Below, piece by piece: positions 1 to 6,931 of a stretch of 10,240 nucleotides of DNA. The DNA is taken from positions 1 to 10,240 of the forward strand of contig CAZOTB010000204.1 of NCBI GenBank assembly GCA_964582645.1, read 5' to 3'. Under the pieces are notes generated by a model that saw only the letters and a program-made list of their open reading frames with translations, searched no databases and was not told where the DNA came from. Origin of the DNA: an uncultured Verrucomicrobiota bacterium (GTDB lineage: Bacteria > Verrucomicrobiota > Verrucomicrobiia > Palsa-1439 > CAZOTB01). Both the position numbers and the translations under genes were made by a program. Numbering within the stretch: position 1 is the stretch's first letter; every line of letters starts with the position of its first letter.

Positions 1-1
1 G

Positions 2-1216
2 CCGTTTGAGTTGACTGTGCTCGGCATCGGCGACGGCTATGACCTGCCGGGCGTCGAGTACGTGCGGCTACCCATCGCCTTACCGAAGCGGTTGACGGAC
101 CTGAGCGAGAGGGAATACGGGCGGGTCTGCCGGGAGTTTGAGCGAGCTGCGACGGAGTGGGTGAAGAGAAACGGTCGCCCGACGGAGGCGGCCTCCCACA
201 TTGTGTTGAGCAACGACATCTCCGAAGGCCCGAACTTCCGCGAAGTCGCCGCGCTCGGATTGCCCATCGCGACCATCTTCCACGTGGACGTGGTCGAGTA
301 TGTGTCCAAGTTCTACTGTCGTGGCTGGCTCAAACCAGAGTGGCTGGCTTCCCTGCAGCGCGGGTTGGAAACGTTGCGACTCGCCCGGTTCGTCCCCGAT
401 GTCGTGCGGCTGATCTTCGAGAAGCAAGCCGACTGCGTCCGCCATTCCACGAAGCTGATCGTTCCTTCGCGCGGCATGGCCGATGTGCTTCGTCGTTGCT
501 ACCCCGACTGCGATGCGAAGATCGAGGTCATCCCGTGGGGCGTCGTTGAACCGCCGGTCGAGTCGTTGCCCCGCGATCCGCGTTTCGCCTTCACGGCACC
601 GAAGGTCGAGTTCGAAGTTTCCGATGACGAACTCGTGTTGCTGACCCTCTGCCGGATTTCGCCGGAGAAGGGGATTGATCGTTTGTTGGAAGCGCTTCAC
701 GCCATGGAGTCCACTGTGGGCGCGGCCTCAGCGCCGCGACTCCGGTGGTTCATCTGTGGAGCGCCCGCTTTCATGCAGGGACAGGCTTATCTCGCAAAGC
801 TCCACCGGTTCGCCTCCCGGCTGCCGCGCATCCGCGTCCATTTTGTCGGTCATGTCAGCGGGGAACGGAAGCGGGCGTTTTTCGAACTGGCCGACCTCTA
901 CGTTCACCTCAGCTATCATGAGAGCTACGGCCTCACCATCGCCGAAGCGATGCGCGCGGGCTGTCCCGTGCTGACGACCAATCATCACAGCGCGCGCGAC
1001 CTCGTGCCGCCGGAGTGCGGGTGTATCGTCTCTGGGCGAAGGGAGGAAACTGTCGCCGCGCTGATGGAATTGTTGGCCGACCGGGAACGGCTCGCGGCGA
1101 TGGGTTTGGCAGCCGCCGAGCACGGGAACAAGCTCAACTTTTCAACTTCAGCCGCCCGGCTGGCTGACGTGTTGAAGCAGATGCATGCTCCGGTTGCTGG
1201 CGTGGCAACAAGCTGA
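2..1216 (+). CDS. Glycosyltransferase, group 1 (GT4-like, GT-B fold); 5' end runs off the window (track ORF 11..1216 begins at an internal TTG; frame is open to nt 2)
   Basis: C-terminal half carries the typical GT1 signature: EKGIDRLLEAL...HFVGHVSGERKRAFFELADLYVHLSYHESYGLTIAEAMRAGCPVLTT (E-x7-E-like sugar-nucleotide binding region). There is no stop between nt 2 and 11, so the true start is probably upstream of the window. Stop TGA at 1214-1216. Confidence 0.8.
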   Translation, partial: PFELTVLGIGDGYDLPGVEYVRLPIALPKRLTDLSEREYGRVCREFERAATEWVKRNGRPTEAASHIVLSNDISEGPNFREVAALGLPIATIFHVDVVEYVSKFYCRGWLKPEWLASLQRGLETLRLARFVPDVVRLIFEKQADCVRHSTKLIVPSRGMADVLRRCYPDCDAKIEVIPWGVVEPPVESLPRDPRFAFTAPKVEFEVSDDELVLLTLCRISPEKGIDRLLEALHAMESTVGAASAPRLRWFICGAPAFMQGQAYLAKLHRFASRLPRIRVHFVGHVSGERKRAFFELADLYVHLSYHESYGLTIAEAMRAGCPVLTTNHHSARDLVPPECGCIVSGRREETVAALMELLADRERLAAMGLAAAEHGNKLNFSTSAARLADVLKQMHAPVAGVATS

Positions 1217-1276
1217 AGCTTGAATTCCAAACGCAAGCTTCGTCAGGCTCACGTTCGGAGTTCAAGCTTGCGCTTG
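1209..1276 (+). repeat. Copy X of an intergenic hairpin-forming repeat family (arms AAGCTTGAATTC 1216-1227 and GAGTTCAAGCTT 1258-1269; also contains the local hairpin caagc-TGAA-gcttg), overlapping the glycosyltransferase stop codon
   Basis: A 12-bp stem with one G.U wobble encloses a 30-nt loop. The 5' portion CAAGCTGAAGCTTGAATTC matches copy Y (7757-7775, CAAGCTAAAGCTTGAACTC) at 17 of 19 positions. A 3' sub-hairpin caagc-ttgc-gcttg is followed by TTT, which is terminator-like. Confidence 0.55.
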
Positions 1277-1361
1277 TTTCACCCGCTCGGAAGCAGGCTT
1301 GCGCTGCCGGGCGGTCGCAAGTAGTCTGGGTGAGACGGGTCCGAGATTGCTCTCATTGACA

Positions 1362-1491
1362 TCCCGCTTCAGCGGGGTGGTGGGCTGCCGGTGAAACCTG
1401 AGAACCGCTTCAGCGGTTTTCCAGACTGGGGGCAAACCGTTGAAACGGTTTCTCCGCTCTCGGCGTCCCCGGTCACCCCGCTGAAGCGGGG
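1362..1491 (+). repeat. Symmetric cluster of four small palindromic hairpin modules (A 1363-1379, B 1401-1420, C 1434-1451, D 1474-1491) in the mtnA 5' leader; BIME/REP-like or a structured leader RNA
   Basis: A is cccgc-TTCA-gcggg; B is aaccgc-TTCA-gcggtt; C is aaaccgt-TGAA-acggttt; D is ccccgc-TGAA-gcgggg. The 17-mer at 1363-1379 is the exact reverse complement of 1474-1490. B matches the reverse complement of C at 14 of 16 positions, and the two differences are a compensatory C-G to T-A pair swap. Spacing is symmetric: A to B is 40 nt, C to D is 39 nt. Confidence 0.6.
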
Positions 1492-1510
1492 TTTGAGTGA
1501 GAAACCCAAG

Positions 1511-2584
<1,074 letters not shown>

Positions 2585-2588
2585 GCCA

Positions 2589-2668
2589 GGAAGCTTGTCC
2601 CGACGCGAGGTTCAAAAGCCTGCTGAAATCATTTACCGGAATTCGGGCTCACGTGAGCCACTTTTATT
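2589..2668 (+). repeat. Degenerate third copy or relative of the same family downstream of mtnA, containing GAAGCTTG, GAGGTTCAAAAGC, GAATTC and the 14-bp perfect palindrome GGCTCACGTGAGCC followed by a T-tract
   Basis: Shares GAAGCTTG (2590-2597), GAATTC (2639-2644) and the 9-mer GGCTCACGT (2646-2654) with copy X (1245-1253); AAGCTT and GAATTC are rare hexamers in this GC-rich window. The order of blocks differs from X, so homology is tentative. Confidence 0.35.
2645..2668 (+). terminator. Candidate intrinsic terminator or attenuator after mtnA (stem ggctc/gagcc, loop ACGT, then ACTTTTATT)
   Basis: A GC-rich 5-bp stem (6 with a closing pair) is immediately followed by a run of 4 T within a T-rich 7-mer, 60 nt after the mtnA stop. 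The stem is short, so termination is probably partial. The HAD ATG follows 14 nt later. Confidence 0.35.
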
Positions 2669-2681
2669 GCAAATCGGAATC

Positions 2682-3296
2682 ATGAGAAACGCCCATATTC
2701 GCGCGGTGTTCTTCGATCTGGGAAACGTGCTGGTCAACCTGGAGGTGGAAACCGCGGCGAGACAACTTGCGGAGGTCACCGGCCTGAAAGAGCGCGATGC
2801 GGTGGCGGCGGTCGTCGCGATTTCGCACGACGCACAGTACGAGCTCGGCCATACGAGCAGTCGCGATTTCGTGCAGCGGGTGTCGCGACAGCTCGGGGTG
2901 CCGTTGCCGTTCGAGGAGTTTGCGGCGGCGTGGAACAACATGTTTTCGGAGAATCCGCCGATGATCGAGCTGGCGCGGTCGTTGCGGGGGCGGGTCCACC
3001 GGCATATTCTCTCGAACACGAACGAGCTTCACATCAACCACATCACGGAGCGGTTCCCATTTTTCCGCGAGTTCGACGGCTACACCCTCTCGTATCGCGA
3101 CGGCGTGGCGAAACCCGACCCGGCGATCTACCGGCTGGCGCTCGAGCGGGCACAGGTGGACGCAGCACACAGTCTCTTCATTGACGACCGGGAGGAGAAC
3201 GTGATCGGGGCTGGCGCGGTGGGGATGAACGTCGTACAGTACGCGAACAGAACACAAGCAATGAAGGAGATCCAACAATGCCTGCAACTCGACTGA
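2682..3296 (+). CDS. HAD superfamily hydrolase, subfamily IA, YihX-like phosphatase
   Basis: N-terminal motif I VFFDLGNVLV (the FDLGNV form seen in E. coli YihX), HILSNTNELH (motif II-like S/T), K in VAKPDPAIY (motif III) and LFIDDREENVIGAGAVGMNVV (motif IV, DD) line up with YihX from memory. 204 aa from the ATG at 2682. The track start at 2595 is a TTG and would add 29 residues with no counterpart in HAD-IA proteins. The stop at 3294-3296 overlaps the next gene's start. Confidence 0.8.
   Translation: MRNAHIRAVFFDLGNVLVNLEVETAARQLAEVTGLKERDAVAAVVAISHDAQYELGHTSSRDFVQRVSRQLGVPLPFEEFAAAWNNMFSENPPMIELARSLRGRVHRHILSNTNELHINHITERFPFFREFDGYTLSYRDGVAKPDPAIYRLALERAQVDAAHSLFIDDREENVIGAGAVGMNVVQYANRTQAMKEIQQCLQLD
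3264..3270 (+). promoter_or_regulatory. Shine-Dalgarno AAGGAGA for the M48 peptidase, located inside the 3' end of the HAD gene
   Basis: AAGGAGA lies 7 nt upstream of the ATG at 3278. The HAD stop TGA is at 3294-3296, 19 nt into the M48 reading frame. Confidence 0.6.
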
Positions 3297-4087
3297 AGCG
3301 ATGGACACTCGCCGGTATCACGGCGGCAATGATCGTCGTCGTGGTCGTGGCCTGTTACACCGTTCCCGAAACGGGACGCTCTTCGTTCAACCTGATTGAC
3401 CAGAACACCGAGATGAAGCTCGGCTTCGATGCGTTCCAGGATCTGAAGAGGAAGGAGAAGATCAGCACCGACCCGAAGTACAACGCACAACTGCAACGCG
3501 TCGGCAAACGCATCTCCGCCGTCGCCAATCTGCCGAATGCGCAGTGGGAGTTCGTCGTGTTCGACAGCAACGTCCCAAACGCATTCTGTCTGCCGGGCGG
3601 CAAGGTCGGCTTCTACACGGCGATCATGCCGATCTGCGGCGACGATGACGGTGTGGCGGCGGTGATGGGTCACGAGGTCGCGCACGCAGTCGCGCGGCAC
3701 GGCGGGGAGCGCATGACCGATCAATTGCTGGTCGCGGCTGGCGGCGTGGCGTTGTCGGAGTTCATGAAGAGCAAGCCACAGCAGACGGCCAGTCTCGCGA
3801 TGATGGCTTATGGCGCGGGTGCCACGCTCGGCGCGGTGCTGCCGCACAGTCGGATGCAGGAGTCTGAGGCCGACCACATCGGGATCATCTACATGGCGAA
3901 GGCGGGCTACGACCCGAACGCCGCGGTCGGGTTCTGGCAGCGGTTCGCGGCGACGAAGCAGGGCGGGCGCACGCCGGAGTTTCTCTCGACACATCCCGTG
4001 GACGAGACGCGCATTGCGAACCTGAAGAAGTGGTTGCCCGAGGCGATGCCGTATTATGAGGCGGCGAAGGCGAGCGGGGTGCGGTAG
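3278..4087 (+). CDS. M48-family zinc metallopeptidase, probable lipoprotein (YcaL/LoiP/BepA-like)
   Basis: HEVAHAVARH (HExxH) and NAFCLPGGKVGFYTAI (the M48 N-A-F-x-x-P-G-G segment). N-terminal signal or anchor MPATRLKRWTLAGITAAMIVVVVVAC has a lipobox-like VVAC. A strong SD, AAGGAGA at 3264-3270, lies 7 nt before the ATG at 3278. The start overlaps the HAD stop by 19 nt, which suggests translational coupling. Confidence 0.85.
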   Translation: MPATRLKRWTLAGITAAMIVVVVVACYTVPETGRSSFNLIDQNTEMKLGFDAFQDLKRKEKISTDPKYNAQLQRVGKRISAVANLPNAQWEFVVFDSNVPNAFCLPGGKVGFYTAIMPICGDDDGVAAVMGHEVAHAVARHGGERMTDQLLVAAGGVALSEFMKSKPQQTASLAMMAYGAGATLGAVLPHSRMQESEADHIGIIYMAKAGYDPNAAVGFWQRFAATKQGGRTPEFLSTHPVDETRIANLKKWLPEAMPYYEAAKASGVR

Positions 4088-4180
4088 CGGGTTATCGGTT
4101 ATCAGTTGTTCGTTATTGGGAAGACTCGAGAGGCGCGTTACGCATTGACCGGTAACGAATAACGGATAACCAATAACCCA
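4088..4180 (+). repeat. AT-rich 93-bp imperfect inverted repeat (arms 4088-4120 and 4149-4180, 26 of 32 Watson-Crick matches plus 3 G.T) built from period-7 tandem units (GGTTATC GGTTATC AGTTGTT CGTTATT / CGAATAA CGGATAA CCAATAA), between the M48 peptidase stop and the livM-like start
   Basis: Direct alignment of 4088-4120 with the reverse complement of 4149-4180. The loop is 28 nt (4121-4148). The 3' arm ends 5 nt before the livM ATG at 4186. Local GC is far below the window average. Confidence 0.6.
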
Positions 4181-4185
4181 TCACG

Positions 4186-5457
4186 ATGCCCCGTCTCCGC
4201 AGATGGCTCTTCTGGCTCGGCTGGATCGCGCTGATCACGGCGCCGTTGATCTGGCTGAAGGTCTATTACGACATGGGGCGCAGCGAGACGCTCATCCGTC
4301 CCCAATCGGAGCGCTGGCAATTCCTCACGACTGACTTCCCGAAATGGATCGTCGCAAACTGGCTGACGCTCTTGGTGTTGGCGGTGCTGGGCGTCGCGCT
4401 CTACGCGTTGTCGAGGGCGTGGGAGTCGCGGGGATGGCGTGAAACACTTCCCGCCGCGATGCGCGAGTGGAAGGCGTACGAGTTTCGAGGGTGGTTCTGG
4501 GGCGCGTTGATCCTGATCGGGTTTGCGGTGCCGCCGTTCACGCTCTCGGACAAGTACATCAACATGGCGGTGATGGTCGGCATTTACATCCTGCTGGCGC
4601 AAGGGCTGAACCTCACCGTCGGAATGACCGGCCTGCTCGTACTGGGCTACGCGGGATTCTACGCCGTGGGCGCGTACACGTTCGCGCTGATGCACTTCTA
4701 CTGGGGTGCAAACTTCTGGATGGCGTTCATTCCCGCGATGATCGTCGGCGCGTTGTTTGGGTTGATGCTCGGGCTTCCATCGTTTCGGCTGCGCGGCGAT
4801 TATCTCGCCATCGTCACGCTCGGATTCGGCGAGACGGTCCGGTACGCACTCAAGAACTGGAGCAACTTCACGCAAGGCGACCGCGGCATCATCATCAAAT
4901 CGAGCGGCAAAGTTCCCGGCTTCGACGAACTGCCTTGCTGGCCGCACGAGTTGAGCCGGTTGCAGGTGACGTATTTCATCGTGTTCGTCTTCTGCGCCTT
5001 CAGCATCTTCGCCGTGAGTCGTCTCATGCACTCGCGGGTGGGACGCGCCTGGATCGCGATCCGCGAGGACGAAACCGCCGCGTCGGTGATGGGCATCCAC
5101 ACCGTGCGCTACAAGCTGCTGGCGTTCATGTTGAGCGCGATCTGGGCGGCGGTGGCGGGTGTGTTGTACACCGCGACCACCGGCTACGTGGACCCGGAGA
5201 CGTTCAAGTTTGACGAATCGGTGATGATTCTGATCATGGTCGTGCTTGGCGGCATGGGCAGCGGCCCCGGCGCGATCGTGGGGGCGGCGGTGGTGTGGAT
5301 TCTGCAATCGGTGCTGCGCGACAAGTTCCCCGGGTTTAGTGATTACCGGCTGATGTTGTTCGGTGCGTTGTTGATCGTGATGATGATCTACCGGCCCGAG
5401 GGCCTGATTGGCAGCATGCGCCGCAAGGTGGAACTGGAAGAGAAGGCCGCTGCGTAA
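4186..5457 (+). CDS. Branched-chain amino-acid (LIV-type) ABC transporter permease, LivM-like
   Basis: Multi-TM protein with the LivM core NMAVMVGIYILLAQGLNLTVGMTGLLVLGYAGFYAVGAYTFALM, ...GDYLAIVTLGFGE... and a C-terminal MIYRPEGLIGSMRRK (the RPxGLxG tail typical of LivH/LivM). An in-frame TAA at 4174-4176 fixes the ATG at 4186 as the first possible start. No obvious SD. Confidence 0.8.
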   Translation: MPRLRRWLFWLGWIALITAPLIWLKVYYDMGRSETLIRPQSERWQFLTTDFPKWIVANWLTLLVLAVLGVALYALSRAWESRGWRETLPAAMREWKAYEFRGWFWGALILIGFAVPPFTLSDKYINMAVMVGIYILLAQGLNLTVGMTGLLVLGYAGFYAVGAYTFALMHFYWGANFWMAFIPAMIVGALFGLMLGLPSFRLRGDYLAIVTLGFGETVRYALKNWSNFTQGDRGIIIKSSGKVPGFDELPCWPHELSRLQVTYFIVFVFCAFSIFAVSRLMHSRVGRAWIAIREDETAASVMGIHTVRYKLLAFMLSAIWAAVAGVLYTATTGYVDPETFKFDESVMILIMVVLGGMGSGPGAIVGAAVVWILQSVLRDKFPGFSDYRLMLFGALLIVMMIYRPEGLIGSMRRKVELEEKAAA

Positions 5458-5466
5458 CCTCATTCT

Positions 5467-5481
5467 CGACGCATGGCGTCG
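5467..5481. terminator. Short GC hairpin (cgacgc-atg-gcgtcg) in the 28-bp gap between the convergent livM-like and aminotransferase genes; weak bidirectional terminator candidate
   Basis: A perfect 6-bp stem with a 3-nt loop and no U-tract on either side. It is the only secondary structure available between the two stop codons (5455-5457 and 5486-5488). Confidence 0.2.
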
Positions 5482-5485
5482 GAGT

Positions 5486-6814
5486 TCACCACGCCTTCAC
5501 AAACTCGCGCGTTTTCTCGAGTGTCTCGTCCACGTCCTTCTCGGTGTGCGCGAACGAGATGCTGCCTTGCTTGGTGGGAAGCGGGAAATGATAGATGCCG
5601 CGATGGATGAGGGCGACGCGGTAGTCGGTGTCGCGTTTCATATCGTGGTTTGCGGCGATGTCGTGCCAGTCGCGCGGTTCCTTGTCCATGAAGTACACAA
5701 CAAAGGCGGAGCCTTGTCGAGCGATGGTTGCCGTGATGCCGCGTTCTTGGAAGGTTTGTCGCAGGCCGGTCTCCATTCGTTCGCCAAGCGCATAGATCTT
5801 CTTGTACACGGCGCCGTCGTTGGCCGTGAGCTTCTCGATGGTCGCGATGGCAGCCGCAGTGTTGACCGGGAAGGCGTTGTAGGTGCCGGCAATCAACACG
5901 CGTTTACCGGCATCGGGATGAACGAAATAATCCATCAGGTCTTTCCGTCCGCCGATGCAACCGAGCGGATAACCGTTGGCGATGGCTTTGCCGAACACGC
6001 ACAGGTCGGGCATCACGCCGCAGATGGTCTGGTAGCCGCCGAGCGCATGACGGAAGCCGGTCTTCACTTCGTCGAACACGAGCACGAAGCCGTACTTGTC
6101 CGCAAGCTTGCGCAATCCGGCGAGATAGCCGTCGCGGGGCTTGACGATGCCGACGTTCTGCAGGATCGGTTCGAGGATCAACGCGGCGATGGCATGGCGT
6201 CGGCAGACGTCCTCGACGGAATCGAGGTCGTTGAAGTTGACGACGTGCACGAGCCGCTTATGGACTTCGGGAATGCCGGCGCTGATGCCGAAATACTTGT
6301 ACTCGCCGGGGCTGACACGCGGCCCCATCGCTTCGATCGGAGTCATCACGTTGCAGGCGACGTCGTTGTGCCAGCCGTTGTAACCACCCTGCATCACGAT
6401 GACGTCGTCGCGTCCCGTGTGGGCACGGGCGATGCGGATGGCGTGAAATGTCGCCTCGCTGCCGGTGTTGGTGATTTGGACAGCCTTCACGCTCGGCACC
6501 GCCTGGCAGATCAACTCGGCGAGGCGGCCTTCGAGTTCGGTTGTGCCGGAGCCCATGAGCGTGGTGCCGTTTTCGAGCACGCGCTTGACCGCCGCGTTCA
6601 CGTCCGGATCGTTGTGCCCCAGGATGAACGGCGCGAAGGCGGCGTGATAATCAATGTACTCGTTGCCGTCGGCATCCCACACGCGCGAGCCTTGTCCACG
6701 CACGAAGACGATCTCGGGCTTGGCCGCGCGATTGGTGCTGACCACGCCGCCCGGGATGAATTGCCGGTTGCGCGCGTGGATTTCCGCCGAACGAGTCAAA
6801 TTGCGCTGTTGCAT
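5486..6814 (-). CDS. Class-III (PLP-dependent) aminotransferase of the HemL family, glutamate-1-semialdehyde 2,1-aminomutase-like
   Basis: From the ATG at 6814: MQQRNLTRSAEIHARNRQFIPGGVVSTNRA aligns with the HemL N-terminus (..SAARELIPGGVNSPVRAF). IDYHAAFAPFILGHNDPDV, TNTGSEATFHAIRIARAHTGRDDVI, FDEVKTGFR (HemL FDEVMTGFR) and DLCVFGKAIANGYPLG (the PLP-lysine region, HemL DLTCLGKIIGGG) also match. SD-like GAGGA lies 5 nt upstream on the - strand. The 28 residues that the track adds upstream of this Met have no HemL counterpart. Confidence 0.8.
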   Translation of the reverse strand: MQQRNLTRSAEIHARNRQFIPGGVVSTNRAAKPEIVFVRGQGSRVWDADGNEYIDYHAAFAPFILGHNDPDVNAAVKRVLENGTTLMGSGTTELEGRLAELICQAVPSVKAVQITNTGSEATFHAIRIARAHTGRDDVIVMQGGYNGWHNDVACNVMTPIEAMGPRVSPGEYKYFGISAGIPEVHKRLVHVVNFNDLDSVEDVCRRHAIAALILEPILQNVGIVKPRDGYLAGLRKLADKYGFVLVFDEVKTGFRHALGGYQTICGVMPDLCVFGKAIANGYPLGCIGGRKDLMDYFVHPDAGKRVLIAGTYNAFPVNTAAAIATIEKLTANDGAVYKKIYALGERMETGLRQTFQERGITATIARQGSAFVVYFMDKEPRDWHDIAANHDMKRDTDYRVALIHRGIYHFPLPTKQGSISFAHTEKDVDETLEKTREFVKAW

Positions 6815-6873
6815 GATGATCCTCTGAGAGCGGGCAGAGGCTAGCGTGCGATCCTGGAGGTGGCGAGTGAAAA

Positions 6874-6907
6874 TTGTATGGCCAGGCCGCGCTCGCATTG
6901 GTAATCT
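6874..6907 (+). promoter_or_regulatory. Weak promoter candidate in the divergent region between the aminotransferase and the beta-CA-like gene (extended -10 TGgTAATCT at 6899-6907; possible -35 TTGTAT at 6874-6879 with a long 22-nt spacer)
   Basis: The TGn-TAATCT extended -10-like element lies 25 nt upstream of the ATG at 6932. The -35 spacing is poor. Confidence 0.15.
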
Positions 6908-6931
6908 GATTATGTCCCGAGGCGTTCAACC

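Noticed and set aside
1391-1510. N-terminal extension of mtnA from GTG 1391 as given in the ORF track
   Set aside because: The extension would be translated through four palindromic hairpins and has no counterpart in MtnA proteins. The ATG at 1511 gives an N-terminus that aligns with MtnA.
1330-1510. SAM (S-box) or other known riboswitch in the mtnA leader
   Set aside because: Methionine-salvage genes are often riboswitch-controlled. I compared the leader from memory with the SAM-I conserved core (..GAGGGAcuGGCCCgAuGAAgCCCgGCAACC..) and with SAM-II-like features and found no convincing match. The structure is better explained as four repeated palindromic modules. A covariance-model scan would be decisive.
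2595-2681. TTG start at 2595 for the HAD hydrolase
   Set aside because: It would add 29 residues ahead of the conserved hhhhDxGxV motif-I, which in HAD-IA proteins begins within about 10 residues of the N-terminus. It would also start 10 nt after the mtnA stop, inside the terminator-like element.
2664-3994. - strand ORFs 2664..3308 (214 aa) and 3128..3994 (288 aa) antisense to the HAD and M48 genes
   Set aside because: R/H/P-rich shadow frames opposite two genes with clear catalytic motifs (DLGNV.., HExxH) and a canonical SD.
4138-5463. 441-aa - strand ORF spanning the livM-like gene
   Set aside because: The translation is low-complexity H/R/D/Q-rich with no domain-like segments, and it lies exactly antisense to a well-supported multi-TM permease. 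Such long shadow ORFs are typical of high-GC DNA.
5408-6844. 478-aa + strand ORF antisense to the aminotransferase
   Set aside because: G/A/D/V/H-rich composition with no recognisable motifs. The opposite strand encodes a protein matching HemL-family motifs end to end.
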